Numbered from the stretch's first letter, positions 8,525 to 19,147 are shown. The stretch is 32,000 nt of DNA from Nakamurella sp. (GCA_965277905.1 CBDIDW010000006.1:83410-115409), one strand, 5' to 3'. The notes: a model not told the origin generated them from the sequence alone. Numbers and translations are program-made.

Positions 8525-9502
8525 TCACCGATCGAGGTAGCGACCGATGACCGAATCGAAGTCCGCGTCCGGGGCGAGACCCAAGGCGGAAGCCCGAGCT
8601 GTGCGGAAACGCGAGGGCCAGCTCGTCACGATCGCGCCGATGGCGGGGTCGGTGTGCAGGTCGACCAACGCGCTCAGATCTTCGCCGGACACCCGATCGA
8701 GCGCGGCCAGCATTTCGGCCGGCGTCGTCGACAACGCGGGCAGGTTCATGGCGCTGGTACTTCCCCACTGTTCGTCGCCCAGGGCCGCCGCCAGCAGGAT
8801 GCCGTCCAGAGTGCGCGCCGGCGACGACAGGGCAATCGGGGTGTCCAGCGGCACCGGGCAGGTGGCCCGCTGTCCGGCCAGCGGTTCTCTGATGATCGAG
8901 GACACGAAGCCCGACGCCGCCGCATTCGGTGCGCCGGGTCGCACGGCGACGGTCATCAGCCGCACCGAGCGGCCGCGGAGAAACCCCTTGCGGGCGTAAT
9001 CCGCGACCAATTGTTCACCGATGAACTTCTGGGTGCCATAGCTGCTCTGCGGTCGCGGGAGGGTGTCGTCGTCGACCGGGCCGAGGGCGGCCAGGGCCGG
9101 ATCGGTGCCGAAGACGGCCAGCGAACTCGTGAAGACCAGCACCGGGCTGGTCCCCCAGCCCCGCAGCGCGTCCAGGGTGCTGCGCAGGCCGTCGACATTG
9201 ACGCGCAGGCCCAGGTCGAAATCCGATTCGGCCGCCGAACTGACCACGCCGGCCAGGTGGAAGACGACGTCCACTGGGGGCAGGTCGGCCATGATCCGCG
9301 CCAGGTCGCCGGCGACTGATCGCACCCGGGGGTCAGCGGCCAGGTCCGAGGGTGGGGCGACGAGGTCGACCAGCAGTAGCTCGGAGATCTCCCGCGCCGG
9401 CGCCCCGCCGATACCGAGCACGCCGGCGAACAGGATGCGTCGGGCCAGGAGGGCGCCCAGAAACCCGCTGCCGCCGGTGATGGCTACCCTCGCCCCGGTC
9501 AT
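8525..9502 (-). CDS. denD: NAD-dependent epimerase/dehydratase, D-erythronate dehydrogenase-like
   Basis: Rossmann motif VAITGGSGFLGALLARR, YGTQKFIGEQLVADYARKGFLRGRSVRL typical of DenD-type SDRs. Confidence 0.8.
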   Translation of the reverse strand: MTGARVAITGGSGFLGALLARRILFAGVLGIGGAPAREISELLLVDLVAPPSDLAADPRVRSVAGDLARIMADLPPVDVVFHLAGVVSSAAESDFDLGLRVNVDGLRSTLDALRGWGTSPVLVFTSSLAVFGTDPALAALGPVDDDTLPRPQSSYGTQKFIGEQLVADYARKGFLRGRSVRLMTVAVRPGAPNAAASGFVSSIIREPLAGQRATCPVPLDTPIALSSPARTLDGILLAAALGDEQWGSTSAMNLPALSTTPAEMLAALDRVSGEDLSALVDLHTDPAIGAIVTSWPSRFRTARASALGLAPDADFDSVIGRYLDR

Positions 9503-10584
9503 GCCCCGGACCTCCAGGGGGCGTCCTGCGTAGTGACCGCGGCCCCGCTGGTGATCGACTCCTCGATGGCCAGCGCGATCAATTGGTCGTGACAGGCCTG
9601 GGCCAATGGGTAGGGGGCGGGCTCTTCGCCGCGCACCCACCGGGCCGTGTTCCGCAGGATGGTGGCGATGGCGATCTCCTCGTCCATCAGGCGCCGGCCG
9701 AAGAACGGATTGCGGTAGACCACCTCGCCCTCGAAGGCCAGCAGCTCGGTGTCGTATCCGTCGAGGTCGAGGTCGTAGCCCCGCTGCCGGCGACTGATCG
9801 CCGATCGGATGATGGTGCGCTCGCCGTGCAGGTGGACGACCGAGTCGTCGTTGATCTCGCCATGCGATCCGCGGATAACGATCCGCCGGTGACGCAGCTG
9901 GTTGTGCCACTGGTTGTCGGTGAAGTCGTATATGCCGGTGCCGGTCCCGAAGTCCAGCACCGCGATCGTGGTGCCGGCGGGCTTGGGCTCCGGATCGTCG
10001 GTCCAGCCCGCCCGGTCCAGCGGGTCGACCAGCGGGGCGGTACTCCGCACCGCGGTCACACCGACCGGATCCAGACCGGCCCCCAGGAACCCGCGCAGGA
10101 GCGAGACGGCGTGATAGTCATGGGTGGACGACACCTGCACCGAGGTGACCTCGCCGATGGTGCCGCGAGCGATCACCGCGGCCCGAGCCGCGTGCCCGGG
10201 CAACAGCAGGTACTGCTCGGCGATCTGGACCAGGCCACCGGCCCCGACCTCCCGCCACAGATTCATCAGGCCCTCGACATCGAGCGCGGGTGGAGTCTCG
10301 GCGAGCACGTGGTGGCCCCGGGCCACCGCCGCCTGGATGACCTCCGCATTCACCGCTCCGGGCACCGCCACGACGACCAGGTCAGGACGAGCTTGCCGAC
10401 ACAATTCCTCCACCGTGGCGTAGGCCGTGATGGCGAAGGCCTTGGCCAGTTCGGCCGCCGTCTCCGGTCGGCGGACCGCCACACCGACGAGCTCGACGTC
10501 CTCGGGCAGGGCGTGGGTCAGATCAGCGAAGAAGCGGGCTCGCCAGCCCCCGCCGACGATGCCCACCGAGATCGGCTTCGGCAT
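9499..10584 (-). CDS. Gfo/Idh/MocA family oxidoreductase
   Basis: SVGIVGGGWRARFFADLTHAL nucleotide-binding fold; AVNAEVIQAAVARGHHVLAETPPALDVEG. Stop overlaps denD start (9499-9502). Confidence 0.85.
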   Translation of the reverse strand: MPKPISVGIVGGGWRARFFADLTHALPEDVELVGVAVRRPETAAELAKAFAITAYATVEELCRQARPDLVVVAVPGAVNAEVIQAAVARGHHVLAETPPALDVEGLMNLWREVGAGGLVQIAEQYLLLPGHAARAAVIARGTIGEVTSVQVSSTHDYHAVSLLRGFLGAGLDPVGVTAVRSTAPLVDPLDRAGWTDDPEPKPAGTTIAVLDFGTGTGIYDFTDNQWHNQLRHRRIVIRGSHGEINDDSVVHLHGERTIIRSAISRRQRGYDLDLDGYDTELLAFEGEVVYRNPFFGRRLMDEEIAIATILRNTARWVRGEEPAPYPLAQACHDQLIALAIEESITSGAAVTTQDAPWRSGA

Positions 10585-10636
10585 GGGTCTTCCTTGTCCG
10601 CCTTGCGTCACCGGGCCGGCGTTGATCCCGCGCCGG

Positions 10637-10858
10637 TCAACGGAACAGGCGTCGCACAATCCCAGCGACGGCCAGCACACCCACACCGACCAGGGCCGCC
10701 CTGACCTTGGGGTCGGCCAACGTGGAGCGCAGGGTGACCTTGCCCCGTTCGACCACCCGCTTGGGGTTCGCGCGATACGTGAGCTGGTCGACCGTCACGG
10801 CCAAGGCGTCCCGGGCGCGCTCGATCTCGGCCTGGATGGTGTCCGGATCGCGCGCCAC
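10637..10858 (-). CDS. DUF3618 domain-containing protein
   Basis: MARDPDTIQAEIERARDALAVTVDQLTYRANPKRVVERGK...; characteristic DUF3618 N-terminus. Confidence 0.85.
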   Translation of the reverse strand: MARDPDTIQAEIERARDALAVTVDQLTYRANPKRVVERGKVTLRSTLADPKVRAALVGVGVLAVAGIVRRLFR

Positions 10859-10933
10859 AAAAGCCTCCTACGGGCCCAGGTCGCGGTGAGCGACCCGGAG
10901 CGACGGGTGTCGAGCGGTCTTTACCCTAGTGCC

Positions 10934-11407
10934 ATGACCGATACACCTCCCCAGGTGGGCGACGTGGCGCCGACATTCACCCTCCCCGATGCCCGTGGGG
11001 CGCCGGTGAGCCTGGCCGATTACCGGGGCCGGCCGGTCGTCGTGTACTTCTATCCGGCGGCCATGACCCCCGGCTGCACCACCCAGGCCTGTGATTTCAC
11101 CGCGGCCAAGCCGGCCCTGGACACCGCGGGATACACGGTCATCGGGATCTCGCCCGACCCACCCGGCAAGCTGGCCCGGTTCGCCGAGTCCAGCGCGCTG
11201 GACGTGATGCTGTTGTCCGACGCCGATCGCTCGGTGCTGACGGCGTACGGGGCGTACGGGGAGAAGAAGAACTATGGCAAAACCGTGCAGGGCGTGATCC
11301 GGTCGACCTTCGTGATCGGCCCGGACGGCGTCGTCACGCAGGCGTGGCGCAACGTGAAGGCCACCGGACACGTCGCCCGGGTCCTTGACGCGCTGGGCCT
11401 CGGCTGA
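10934..11407 (+). CDS. bcp: thioredoxin-dependent peroxiredoxin (BCP/PrxQ)
   Basis: VGDVAPTFTLPDARGAPVSLADYRG..., VVVYFYPAAMTPGCTTQACDF (PxxxTxxC), DAHG-type C-terminus. Confidence 0.93.
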   Translation: MTDTPPQVGDVAPTFTLPDARGAPVSLADYRGRPVVVYFYPAAMTPGCTTQACDFTAAKPALDTAGYTVIGISPDPPGKLARFAESSALDVMLLSDADRSVLTAYGAYGEKKNYGKTVQGVIRSTFVIGPDGVVTQAWRNVKATGHVARVLDALGLG

Positions 11408-11429
11408 GCCAGTACGCTCCGGAAATCTC

Positions 11430-11503
11430 GGGGCCGTAGCCCAATTGGCAGAGGCACACGGTTTAGGTCCGTGCCAGTGTGGGTTCGAGTCCCACCGGCC
11501 CCA
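11430..11503 (+). tRNA. tRNA with UAG anticodon (Leu by anticodon) but class I shape
   Basis: GGGGCCGTAGCCCAATTGGCAGAGGCACACGGTTTAGGTCCGTGCCAGTGTGGGTTCGAGTCCCACCGGCCCCA: acceptor GGGGCCG/CGGCCCC, anticodon stem CACGG/CCGTG with loop TTTAGGT, variable loop only CCAGT, T-arm GTGGG/CCCAC. Confidence 0.88.
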
Positions 11504-11538
11504 CGTTCGCAGGTCGTACGGAACCGTGCAGGAGCCCG

Positions 11539-12429
11539 ATGCAGGACGTCGCCGCACCGAAGCGGTCGGGGTACCGGGTCCGCCTGATCGCGTTGACCTC
11601 GGCCGTGGCCGACGCCGATCCGGCCCAGGTGCAGGCCGCGGCGCAGCGGTTCGGGAGCTCGCGACGCTATCTGGCTCCGGTCGGCTGGGCGGCCGGCACC
11701 CTGGTGCTGCTGCTCCGCGGCGTGAAGATGTTGATTCTGAACTGGCGGCTGCTGCTGATCCAACTGGTTCCGGCGGCGTGGATCTGGATCACGATGTACG
11801 ACCTGAAGCAGCACGGGCTGCGCGGCGCACCCTTCCGGGAGCTGCATCTGGGGTCGGTCCTCGCGGTTTCCGCGCTGGCCATCGGCTGGTCCATGGCGGC
11901 GTTCTGGTGCAACACGGTGTTCGCCTACGCGATCGACGGCCCGCCCCCGCCGTTGATCCGACCCGCGGTCCGCCGAACCAACCGGCGGCTGGGAACAATC
12001 GCCGTCGCCGGCGCCGTCGTCGGTGCCCTGTTGGCCACCGCCACCGCCGTCATCCCCCGGCTGGACAGCTACTGGCTCTTCGTCCTCGCCCTCGGCGCCG
12101 TGCTGGGGGTCATGTTCCTGAGCTTCGTTGGCGTACCGGCGCACATCATCGGCCGGCGCACGCGCAAGCTCCCCCGCCACGAGGCCATCGGCCGCACGGT
12201 CACCGGCTGGGGGGTCAGCGCCGTGGCCATGCTTCCGGGCATCGTCCTGGACCGCCTCGGGCTCATCATGATCGGAGCTCCAGGCCTGCACGTGCTGGGG
12301 TTTGTCGTGTTGACCGCCGGCGCCGGCCTCTATGCCGCCGGGATGTCGACCGTCAAGGCGGTCAAGATCAGCATCCAACTCGGACGCGAGCCCGAAAGTG
12401 CCGCCGAGCCTCCCGGTTCGCGGAAATGA
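11539..12429 (+). CDS. multi-pass membrane protein, hypothetical
   Basis: Several hydrophobic segments (GWAAGTLVLLLRGVKMLI, LAVSALAIGWSMAAFWC, TIAVAGAVVGALLATATAV, YWLFVLALGAVLGVMFLSFVG); 296 aa. Confidence 0.75.
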   Translation: MQDVAAPKRSGYRVRLIALTSAVADADPAQVQAAAQRFGSSRRYLAPVGWAAGTLVLLLRGVKMLILNWRLLLIQLVPAAWIWITMYDLKQHGLRGAPFRELHLGSVLAVSALAIGWSMAAFWCNTVFAYAIDGPPPPLIRPAVRRTNRRLGTIAVAGAVVGALLATATAVIPRLDSYWLFVLALGAVLGVMFLSFVGVPAHIIGRRTRKLPRHEAIGRTVTGWGVSAVAMLPGIVLDRLGLIMIGAPGLHVLGFVVLTAGAGLYAAGMSTVKAVKISIQLGREPESAAEPPGSRK

Positions 12430-12562
12430 CGGAGCATCGGCACATCGATCCCTGATCACGCCCGACACCGGCTCTTCTTCCCCGACCGACGCGTAGCGGT
12501 CCGTTAGATTGCGGTCAGGTCGTCCCGTCCCGGCCCCCGGCGGGCCAGTCGAGAGGTATCCC

Positions 12563-13537
12563 ATGACCGAATCCGCACCGCATCCGGACCGTCCTGGCGA
12601 CGAGGTGGGTGACTCGACCCAGATGTGGACTCCGGACGCGGAGGAGACCCGGACCATCACGGCGGCGGATCTGCAGGCCGCCCGCTCGTCCGGCGCCAAC
12701 CCCGACGATCCGCCGCGAGGGGGCTCGTCGAGCGAGGCCGCGCCCGCCTTCGGGCCCTACAGCGGAGCGACTCCGGAGGTCCACGCCGAAGCCGCGTCCG
12801 GCGCTCGCCCGATGATTCCCGACCCGTCCGCCGCGTCGTCGCATCCCTCCGGCGGGTACGGCGCACCCGCCTATTCGTCCGACGCGACCGCGATCTACAC
12901 CCCGGTCACCGCGGAACAGCCCTATGCCCCGACCACCGGGGCCCAGACCTACGCGCCGCCGACCGGCGGCCAGGCGTACCCACCGGTCGGAGCGCCGCCT
13001 TATGCTCCGGCCGCACCGCCTCCGGTCTACGGCACACCGGCCGTGCCGGTGGTCCTGGTGCCGCCCCCGGGGGCCGGCCCGGCGCCCGCCGGCTCCCGGG
13101 CCACCGCCGGTCTGATCAGCGCCATCCTTGGCCTCGTCCTCGCGGCGGCGGGCTGCTACCTGCTGTTTCGGTTCGGATACGAGGTCGTCGTCCTTCGTGC
13201 GAACGCGTCGGGTACGACGTCCGTCCTGACCGTGCGATTGAGCCTGGCCGGCGGCGGCATCGTGCTGCTCGCCGCGGCCGCGGTCCTGAATGCCTGGTCG
13301 GCCTGGGCCACCGTGCTCCCGGGCGTGGTGCTGACCGGGCTCGGCATCTGGGGTTATCTGTCCGAGGGCGGTGCTGTCCGCATTGATTCCTGGTCGCGCT
13401 GGTTGTTCAAGCACCAGGAAACGCTGAGCTGGAACACCATTGGCGGCACTGCGCTCATCGGACTGCTGCTGCTGGCCGCCAGCCTGGCCGCGGCCATCGC
13501 CCGGTCGGCCGGCAAGCGGGCAGCGAGCCGGGTCTAG
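12563..13537 (+). CDS. Pro-rich N-terminal domain plus C-terminal TM protein, hypothetical
   Basis: Start ATG 12563 (MTESAPHPDRPGDEVGDS...), low-complexity P/A/Y/T-rich region, then four probable TM segments. Confidence 0.75.
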   Translation: MTESAPHPDRPGDEVGDSTQMWTPDAEETRTITAADLQAARSSGANPDDPPRGGSSSEAAPAFGPYSGATPEVHAEAASGARPMIPDPSAASSHPSGGYGAPAYSSDATAIYTPVTAEQPYAPTTGAQTYAPPTGGQAYPPVGAPPYAPAAPPPVYGTPAVPVVLVPPPGAGPAPAGSRATAGLISAILGLVLAAAGCYLLFRFGYEVVVLRANASGTTSVLTVRLSLAGGGIVLLAAAAVLNAWSAWATVLPGVVLTGLGIWGYLSEGGAVRIDSWSRWLFKHQETLSWNTIGGTALIGLLLLAASLAAAIARSAGKRAASRV

Positions 13538-14139
13538 CCCTCGCCCGCCAAAACCTGCTGCAGGGTCGGCAACATGGCCTGCAACGCGAGGCCGCGATGT
13601 GACCGGCGGTCCTTCTCGGCCGGGTCGAGCTCGGCCGACGAACGGCCCGGCGTGTCGTCCGGCTCGAACACCGGGTCGTAGCCGAAACCGTTGTCACCGC
13701 GGGGTTCTCGGAGGATCCGACCGCGCCACTCGCCCCGGGTCAGGAGGGTGGAACCGTCCGGGCCGGTCAGCGCGAGCGCGCACACGAAAGCACCACCGCG
13801 GCGCTCGTCGGGGACATCGGTCAGCTGGGCCAGCAGCAGCCGGTAGTTCTCCAGGTCGGCCCCGTGCCGCCCCGACCAGCGGGCGGACAGCACGCCGGGC
13901 ATGCCGTTGAGCGCGTCAACGGCCAACCCGGAGTCGTCGGCCAGGCTCCACAAACCGGTCTCGGCCGCCGCCTGCACCGCCTTGACCTGGGCGTTCTCCT
14001 CGAACGTGGCCCCGGTCTCGGGCAGTTCAGCGAACGTCGCAATATCGTCCAGCCCGATCACCTGGATCTGCTCGCCGGCCATTCGGCGCAGCTCACCGAG
14101 CTTCTTCGCGTTCCGGGTGGCCAGCAGCAGCGTTCTCAC
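13534..14139 (-). CDS. rdgB: RdgB/HAM1 family non-canonical purine NTP pyrophosphatase
   Basis: [75 protein letters not shown]. Confidence 0.96.
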   Translation of the reverse strand: MRTLLLATRNAKKLGELRRMAGEQIQVIGLDDIATFAELPETGATFEENAQVKAVQAAAETGLWSLADDSGLAVDALNGMPGVLSARWSGRHGADLENYRLLLAQLTDVPDERRGGAFVCALALTGPDGSTLLTRGEWRGRILREPRGDNGFGYDPVFEPDDTPGRSSAELDPAEKDRRSHRGLALQAMLPTLQQVLAGEG

Positions 14140-14873
14140 GCGGTCGGCAGCGGCTGCGCCAATGCTTCCCGCTGCAGCCGAGCCAGGTCGGTGATCCCGG
14201 CCAGCGCGCTGTCGAGCATGGCGTCCAGCGTGCTCCGGGCGAAGGTCGCGCCCTCGCCGGTGCCCTGGACCTCGACCAGGGTGCCGGTGTCGGTGGCCAC
14301 CACGTTCATGTCCACCTCGGCCCGGGAGTCCTCCTCATAGGGCAGGTCCAGCCGCACCTTGCCGCCCACCACCCCGACCGAGACCGCGGCGATCTGGCAG
14401 GACAACGGTTGCGGGTCGGTCAGCGCACCCAGCTTGCGCAGATGCGCCACCGCGTCGGCCAGCGCCACCCAGGCGCCGGTGATGGCGGCGGTCCGGGTGC
14501 CGCCGTCGGCCTGGAGCACGTCGCAGTCGACGGCGATGGTGTTCTCCCCCAGGGCGGCCAGGTCGACACAGACGCGGAGTGAGCGCCCGATGAGCCGGGA
14601 GATTTCGTGGGTGCGGCCGCCGACGCGACCCTTCACCGACTCGCGGTCGCTACGTTCGTGGGTGGACGAAGGCAGCATCGCGTATTCCGCGGTCAACCAG
14701 CCCAGACCACTGCCCTTGCGCCACCGGGGCACTCCCTGGGTGGCCGAGGCAGCGCAGAGCACCTTGGTCGCCCCGTATTCGACCAGCACCGATCCGGCCG
14801 GATGCTGCTGGAAACCGCGGGTGAAGCGAATGGGGCGGAGTTGGTCGTCGGCGCGCCCGTCGAGTCTGGCCAT
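14136..14873 (-). CDS. rph: ribonuclease PH
   Basis: [81 protein letters not shown]. Confidence 0.96.
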   Translation of the reverse strand: MARLDGRADDQLRPIRFTRGFQQHPAGSVLVEYGATKVLCAASATQGVPRWRKGSGLGWLTAEYAMLPSSTHERSDRESVKGRVGGRTHEISRLIGRSLRVCVDLAALGENTIAVDCDVLQADGGTRTAAITGAWVALADAVAHLRKLGALTDPQPLSCQIAAVSVGVVGGKVRLDLPYEEDSRAEVDMNVVATDTGTLVEVQGTGEGATFARSTLDAMLDSALAGITDLARLQREALAQPLPTA

Positions 14874-14904
14874 GCCTGTCAACCTATCGGCGCCGACGCG
14901 GGCG

Positions 14905-15723
14905 TCATGCACCTGCTCCCACCGCGGCGTCGATTTCGGGCCCGAGGAAGCGGCGCCCGAGCCGGGCGAACGGCTCCGGATCCCCGGTGGCCAGAAATTC
15001 ATGCTGGACCGGCTCGGTGGTCGGCTCGGCCAGCAGGTCGAGCTCGGTGAGCCGGCGATACACGTCCTTCGCCGTCTCCTCAGCACTGGACACCAGGGTC
15101 ACCTCATCGCCGAGCACAAGCTGGAGCACGCCGGTGAGCAGCGGATAGTGGGTACAGCCCAACACCAACGTGTCGATGTCGGCGGCCTGCAGCGGCTCCA
15201 GGTAGGCGCGGGTCAGGCCGAGGACCTGTCGCCCCGAGGTGATCCCCCGCTCGACGAAGTCGACGAACGACGGGCAGGCGGCGGTCGTCACGGTGACGTC
15301 GCGGGCGGCGTCGAAGGCGTCCTGGTAGGCGCCGGAGGCGATGGTGGCGGAAGTGCCGATGACCCCGATCCGCCCCGACCGGGTGGCCGCCACCGCCCTC
15401 CGCACGGCCGGCCGGATGACCTCGATGACCGGGATCGCGTAGCGCTCGCGGGCATCGGCCAGGCAGGCCGCCGACGCGGTGTTGCACGCGATCACGAGCA
15501 GCTTCACCCCCGAGTCGACGAGCCGGTCGGCGATTGCCAAGGCGTGCTCGCGGACCTGCGCCAGCGGCAGCGGCCCGTAGGGCCCGTTGTGGGTATCGCC
15601 CACGTAGCGCACCCGCTCGTGCGGCAGCTGATCGATGACGGCCCGGGCCACCGTGAGGCCGCCGACGCCGGAGTCGAAGATCCCGATGGGGGCGTCAGAG
15701 TTGAGCGAGTTCACTGAGTTCAC
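14905..15723 (-). CDS. murI: glutamate racemase
   Basis: [48 protein letters not shown]. Start is GTG at 15723 or 15714. Confidence 0.95.
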   Translation of the reverse strand: MNSVNSLNSDAPIGIFDSGVGGLTVARAVIDQLPHERVRYVGDTHNGPYGPLPLAQVREHALAIADRLVDSGVKLLVIACNTASAACLADARERYAIPVIEVIRPAVRRAVAATRSGRIGVIGTSATIASGAYQDAFDAARDVTVTTAACPSFVDFVERGITSGRQVLGLTRAYLEPLQAADIDTLVLGCTHYPLLTGVLQLVLGDEVTLVSSAEETAKDVYRRLTELDLLAEPTTEPVQHEFLATGDPEPFARLGRRFLGPEIDAAVGAGA

Positions 15724-16430
15724 TTGGGCAGCGCGGGCATCCCGGACGACGCGATGGCCGGCTTCTTGGGTTGCGCGAGTCGCGCCACCACGAACGCGGC
15801 CAGCACCCCGGCGGCGGCACCGAACAGATGCCCCTGCCAGGAGACCGTGCTGGCACCGGCCCCGACCGCCACCTTGATGATGCCGGTCCAGAACAGCCCG
15901 CCCCAGATGAGGAACAGGATCACTCCGATGACGATCTGGCCGACATTGCGACTGAAGATGCCGCGGGAGAGCAGGAAGGTCAACCAGCCGAAGACCAGCG
16001 CGGACGCGCCCACGGTGACCGTGTCGGACGGACCCAGCAGCCACACCCCGACCCCGGACAGTACCCAGACCAGCACGGTGACCAGCACGAACTGCCGGAC
16101 GCCGCCGATCAGGACGAGGAAGCCGAAAATGATCAAGGGGATCAGGTTGGACAGCAGGTGACCCCAGGAGGCGTGCAACAGTGGCGCCGCCAGGATCCCG
16201 TCCAGGCCCGACACCTGCCGTGACACGATGCCGAACTCGGGGTTCAGCCGGTACCTCATCAGGAAGTTGACCAGCTGCACGACGACCATGACCAGTCCGA
16301 AGCTGCCGACGGTGATTGCAGCCACGACCGGCGACACGGCCTTCTCCGACCTGCGGGCGGGCGACTTCCCACCCGTGGGGACCGGCGTCAACGAGCTCAT
16401 GAACACCAGGCTAGCCAGTGCCATCGACAC
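15720..16430 (-). CDS. rhomboid family intramembrane serine protease
   Basis: Six or seven TM segments; [49 protein letters not shown]. Confidence 0.88.
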   Translation of the reverse strand: MSMALASLVFMSSLTPVPTGGKSPARRSEKAVSPVVAAITVGSFGLVMVVVQLVNFLMRYRLNPEFGIVSRQVSGLDGILAAPLLHASWGHLLSNLIPLIIFGFLVLIGGVRQFVLVTVLVWVLSGVGVWLLGPSDTVTVGASALVFGWLTFLLSRGIFSRNVGQIVIGVILFLIWGGLFWTGIIKVAVGAGASTVSWQGHLFGAAAGVLAAFVVARLAQPKKPAIASSGMPALPK

Positions 16431-16469
16431 CGGGGTCGGGGTTCACCCCGAGCGCGCCCTGAGACCCGG

Positions 16470-17426
<957 letters not shown>

Positions 17427-17726
17427 TCAGCCTCCGGCGACGGATGCTGAATTGTCGCCTCCGGCGACGGCAGGCAGGATGGTGACCTGGTCGCCGTCGT
17501 TCAGCGCCGTCTCCAACCCGCCGGTGAAGCGGACGTCCTCGTCGTTGACGTAGATGTTCACGAAGCGGTGCAGGGCGCCGTTGCGCACCAGCCGGTCGCC
17601 GATCCCGGCGTAGCTCGAGTCCAGGTTGCTGATCACCTCGGCCAGCGTCGAACCCTGCGCGGTGACGGACTTCTCGCCCTTGGTCACCGGGCGCAGGATG
17701 GTGGGCACGGACACGGACACGCTCAT
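17427..17726 (-). CDS. cysO: MoaD/ThiS family sulfur-carrier protein CysO
   Basis: VSVPTILRPVTKGEKSVTAQGSTLAEVISNLDSSYAGI..., HRFVNIYVNDEDVRFTGGL, TILPAVAGG followed by DNSASVAGG. Confidence 0.93.
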   Translation of the reverse strand: MSVSVSVPTILRPVTKGEKSVTAQGSTLAEVISNLDSSYAGIGDRLVRNGALHRFVNIYVNDEDVRFTGGLETALNDGDQVTILPAVAGGDNSASVAGG

Positions 17727-17794
17727 CGGGAATCTCCTCGTAAGTGGGCGGCGGTCAGCCGGACTGCCGTCGCAGGTTGCAACGTCGGGCAGTG

Positions 17795-18205
17795 CTAGTC
17801 AATTTCCGTCGTGATGGATTCCTCGGTGACCTCGCCGTCGACGATGCGGTACGAGCGCACCTCGGCCCGCTCCGGGTCACGGGTGGAGACCAGCACATAG
17901 TGGGCCTGGGGCTCACCGGCGTACGACACATCGGTGCGGCTGGGATAGGCGTGCGTGGCCGTGTGCGAGTGGTAGACGACCACGACCTCCTCGTCGCGGG
18001 CATCCAGGTCCTTGTAGAGCGCGAGCTGCTCGGCCGAATCGAACCGGTAGAAGGTCGGCGAACGCTCGGCGTTGATCATCCGCACCAGCCGGGTCGGAGT
18101 GTCCGAGCCGGCCGGACCGGCGACGATCCCGCAGGCCTCGTCCGGATGGTCCGCGCGCGCGTGAGCGATCATCTCGTCCACCATGACCTGCGGAATTGTC
18201 AACAC
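17795..18205 (-). CDS. mec: Mec (Mec+/JAMM) family CysO-cysteine hydrolase
   Basis: JAMM motif HSHTATHAYPSRTD with upstream DEACGIVAG; adjacent to cysO-cysM. Confidence 0.92.
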   Translation of the reverse strand: MLTIPQVMVDEMIAHARADHPDEACGIVAGPAGSDTPTRLVRMINAERSPTFYRFDSAEQLALYKDLDARDEEVVVVYHSHTATHAYPSRTDVSYAGEPQAHYVLVSTRDPERAEVRSYRIVDGEVTEESITTEID

Positions 18206-18226
18206 GAGCAGCCACCCTAATCGGGA

Positions 18227-18772
18227 TCACTCCAGCAGGGCGACCACCAGCGAGTCCTGCGCCGCGGTGAGCCAGTGATAGACGTCGAAGGTCGCGCCGG
18301 CCGGCCCGGTGGGGTCGGCGCGCACCGGGGCCGGTACCTCGTCGTCCTCGGTCACCTGCAGCCTGACCCCGATCACCAGCCGGAGGTCGTTGAGCGCGGT
18401 CAGCCAGGGTCCGGCCTGGTCGCGGGTGAGCCGGACGGTGCCACCGCCGGCGGGCAGGTCGTCGAGTACGGCCGCGGCGGCCAGGTCCTTGGCGGCCAGG
18501 ATTTCCGGCTCGCGCAGCGTGCGCAGGCCCGCGGAGACCTCGGCATCGTCGGCGGAGAAGTCCGGAAACAGGCGCTGCAGGGCGGGGTCGTCGGACGCGG
18601 TGGCCGGGGCGACGGTGATGCCGGTCAGGGAAGACAGCTCGTCGGCCGGGGCCTGGGCGCGACGACCGGCGAACAGGTCGCGCAGCTGGTCCAACAGGTC
18701 GGACAACAGCGACACTTCGGGCTCGGTGAACGTGGCCGCGAATCGACCGCGCGCGCGATGGAAAGGTCGCAC
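18227..18772 (-). CDS. DUF2017 domain-containing protein
   Basis: Located between clpS and mec as in other actinobacteria; FTEPEVSLLSDLLDQLRDLF, DVYHWLTAAQDSLVVALL. GTG start at 18772. Confidence 0.85.
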   Translation of the reverse strand: MRPFHRARGRFAATFTEPEVSLLSDLLDQLRDLFAGRRAQAPADELSSLTGITVAPATASDDPALQRLFPDFSADDAEVSAGLRTLREPEILAAKDLAAAAVLDDLPAGGGTVRLTRDQAGPWLTALNDLRLVIGVRLQVTEDDEVPAPVRADPTGPAGATFDVYHWLTAAQDSLVVALLE

Positions 18773-18779
18773 CCGCGGT

Positions 18780-19106
18780 TCAGCGATCTTCGGCCAGCGT
18801 GGCCCACAGCCCGGCGCCCTGCAATTTGGCCACGTCCGCTTCCATTTGCTCCCGAGTCCCGGCCGACACGGTGGCCCGGCCCTTCTGGTGGACGTCGAGC
18901 ATGAGCCTCTCGGCCCGGGGACGCGGGTGACCGAGCAGCGAGCAGAACACATAGGTCACGTAGGACATCAGGTTGACCGGGTCGTTCCAAACGATGGTCA
19001 CCCAGGGGTGGTCGGGCGCGATCACCGACTCCACGTCGGTCCCGACGTCGGCCCTGTCCTGGCGCGTCGGCGCGGGCGCCGAGAGGCGGACGAGGGCGTG
19101 ACGCAC
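18780..19106 (-). CDS. clpS: ATP-dependent Clp protease adaptor ClpS
   Basis: PWVTIVWNDPVNLMSYVTYVFCSLLGHPRPRAERLMLDVHQKGRATVSAGTREQMEADVAKLQGAGLWATL; start codon assignment tentative. Confidence 0.9.
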   Translation of the reverse strand: MRHALVRLSAPAPTRQDRADVGTDVESVIAPDHPWVTIVWNDPVNLMSYVTYVFCSLLGHPRPRAERLMLDVHQKGRATVSAGTREQMEADVAKLQGAGLWATLAEDR

Positions 19107-19147
19107 ACTCCAAGTCTGACACGCCGGTCGCCGGTTACGCTGCGGCG

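Noticed and set aside
8316-8768. N-terminal extension of the L,D-transpeptidase ORF
   Set aside because: Lipoprotein signal begins at about 8315; the upstream residues overlap denD and look like non-coding translation.
11272-12699. 475-aa minus-strand ORF
   Set aside because: High-GC antisense shadow of the 11539..12429 membrane protein gene; Gln/Asp/Gly-rich low complexity with no recognisable motifs.
12900-13060. Repetitive-looking Pro/Ala/Tyr-coding stretch as possible DNA repeat array
   Set aside because: Low-complexity protein-coding sequence in the hypothetical membrane protein; no regular repeat unit or spacers, not CRISPR-like.
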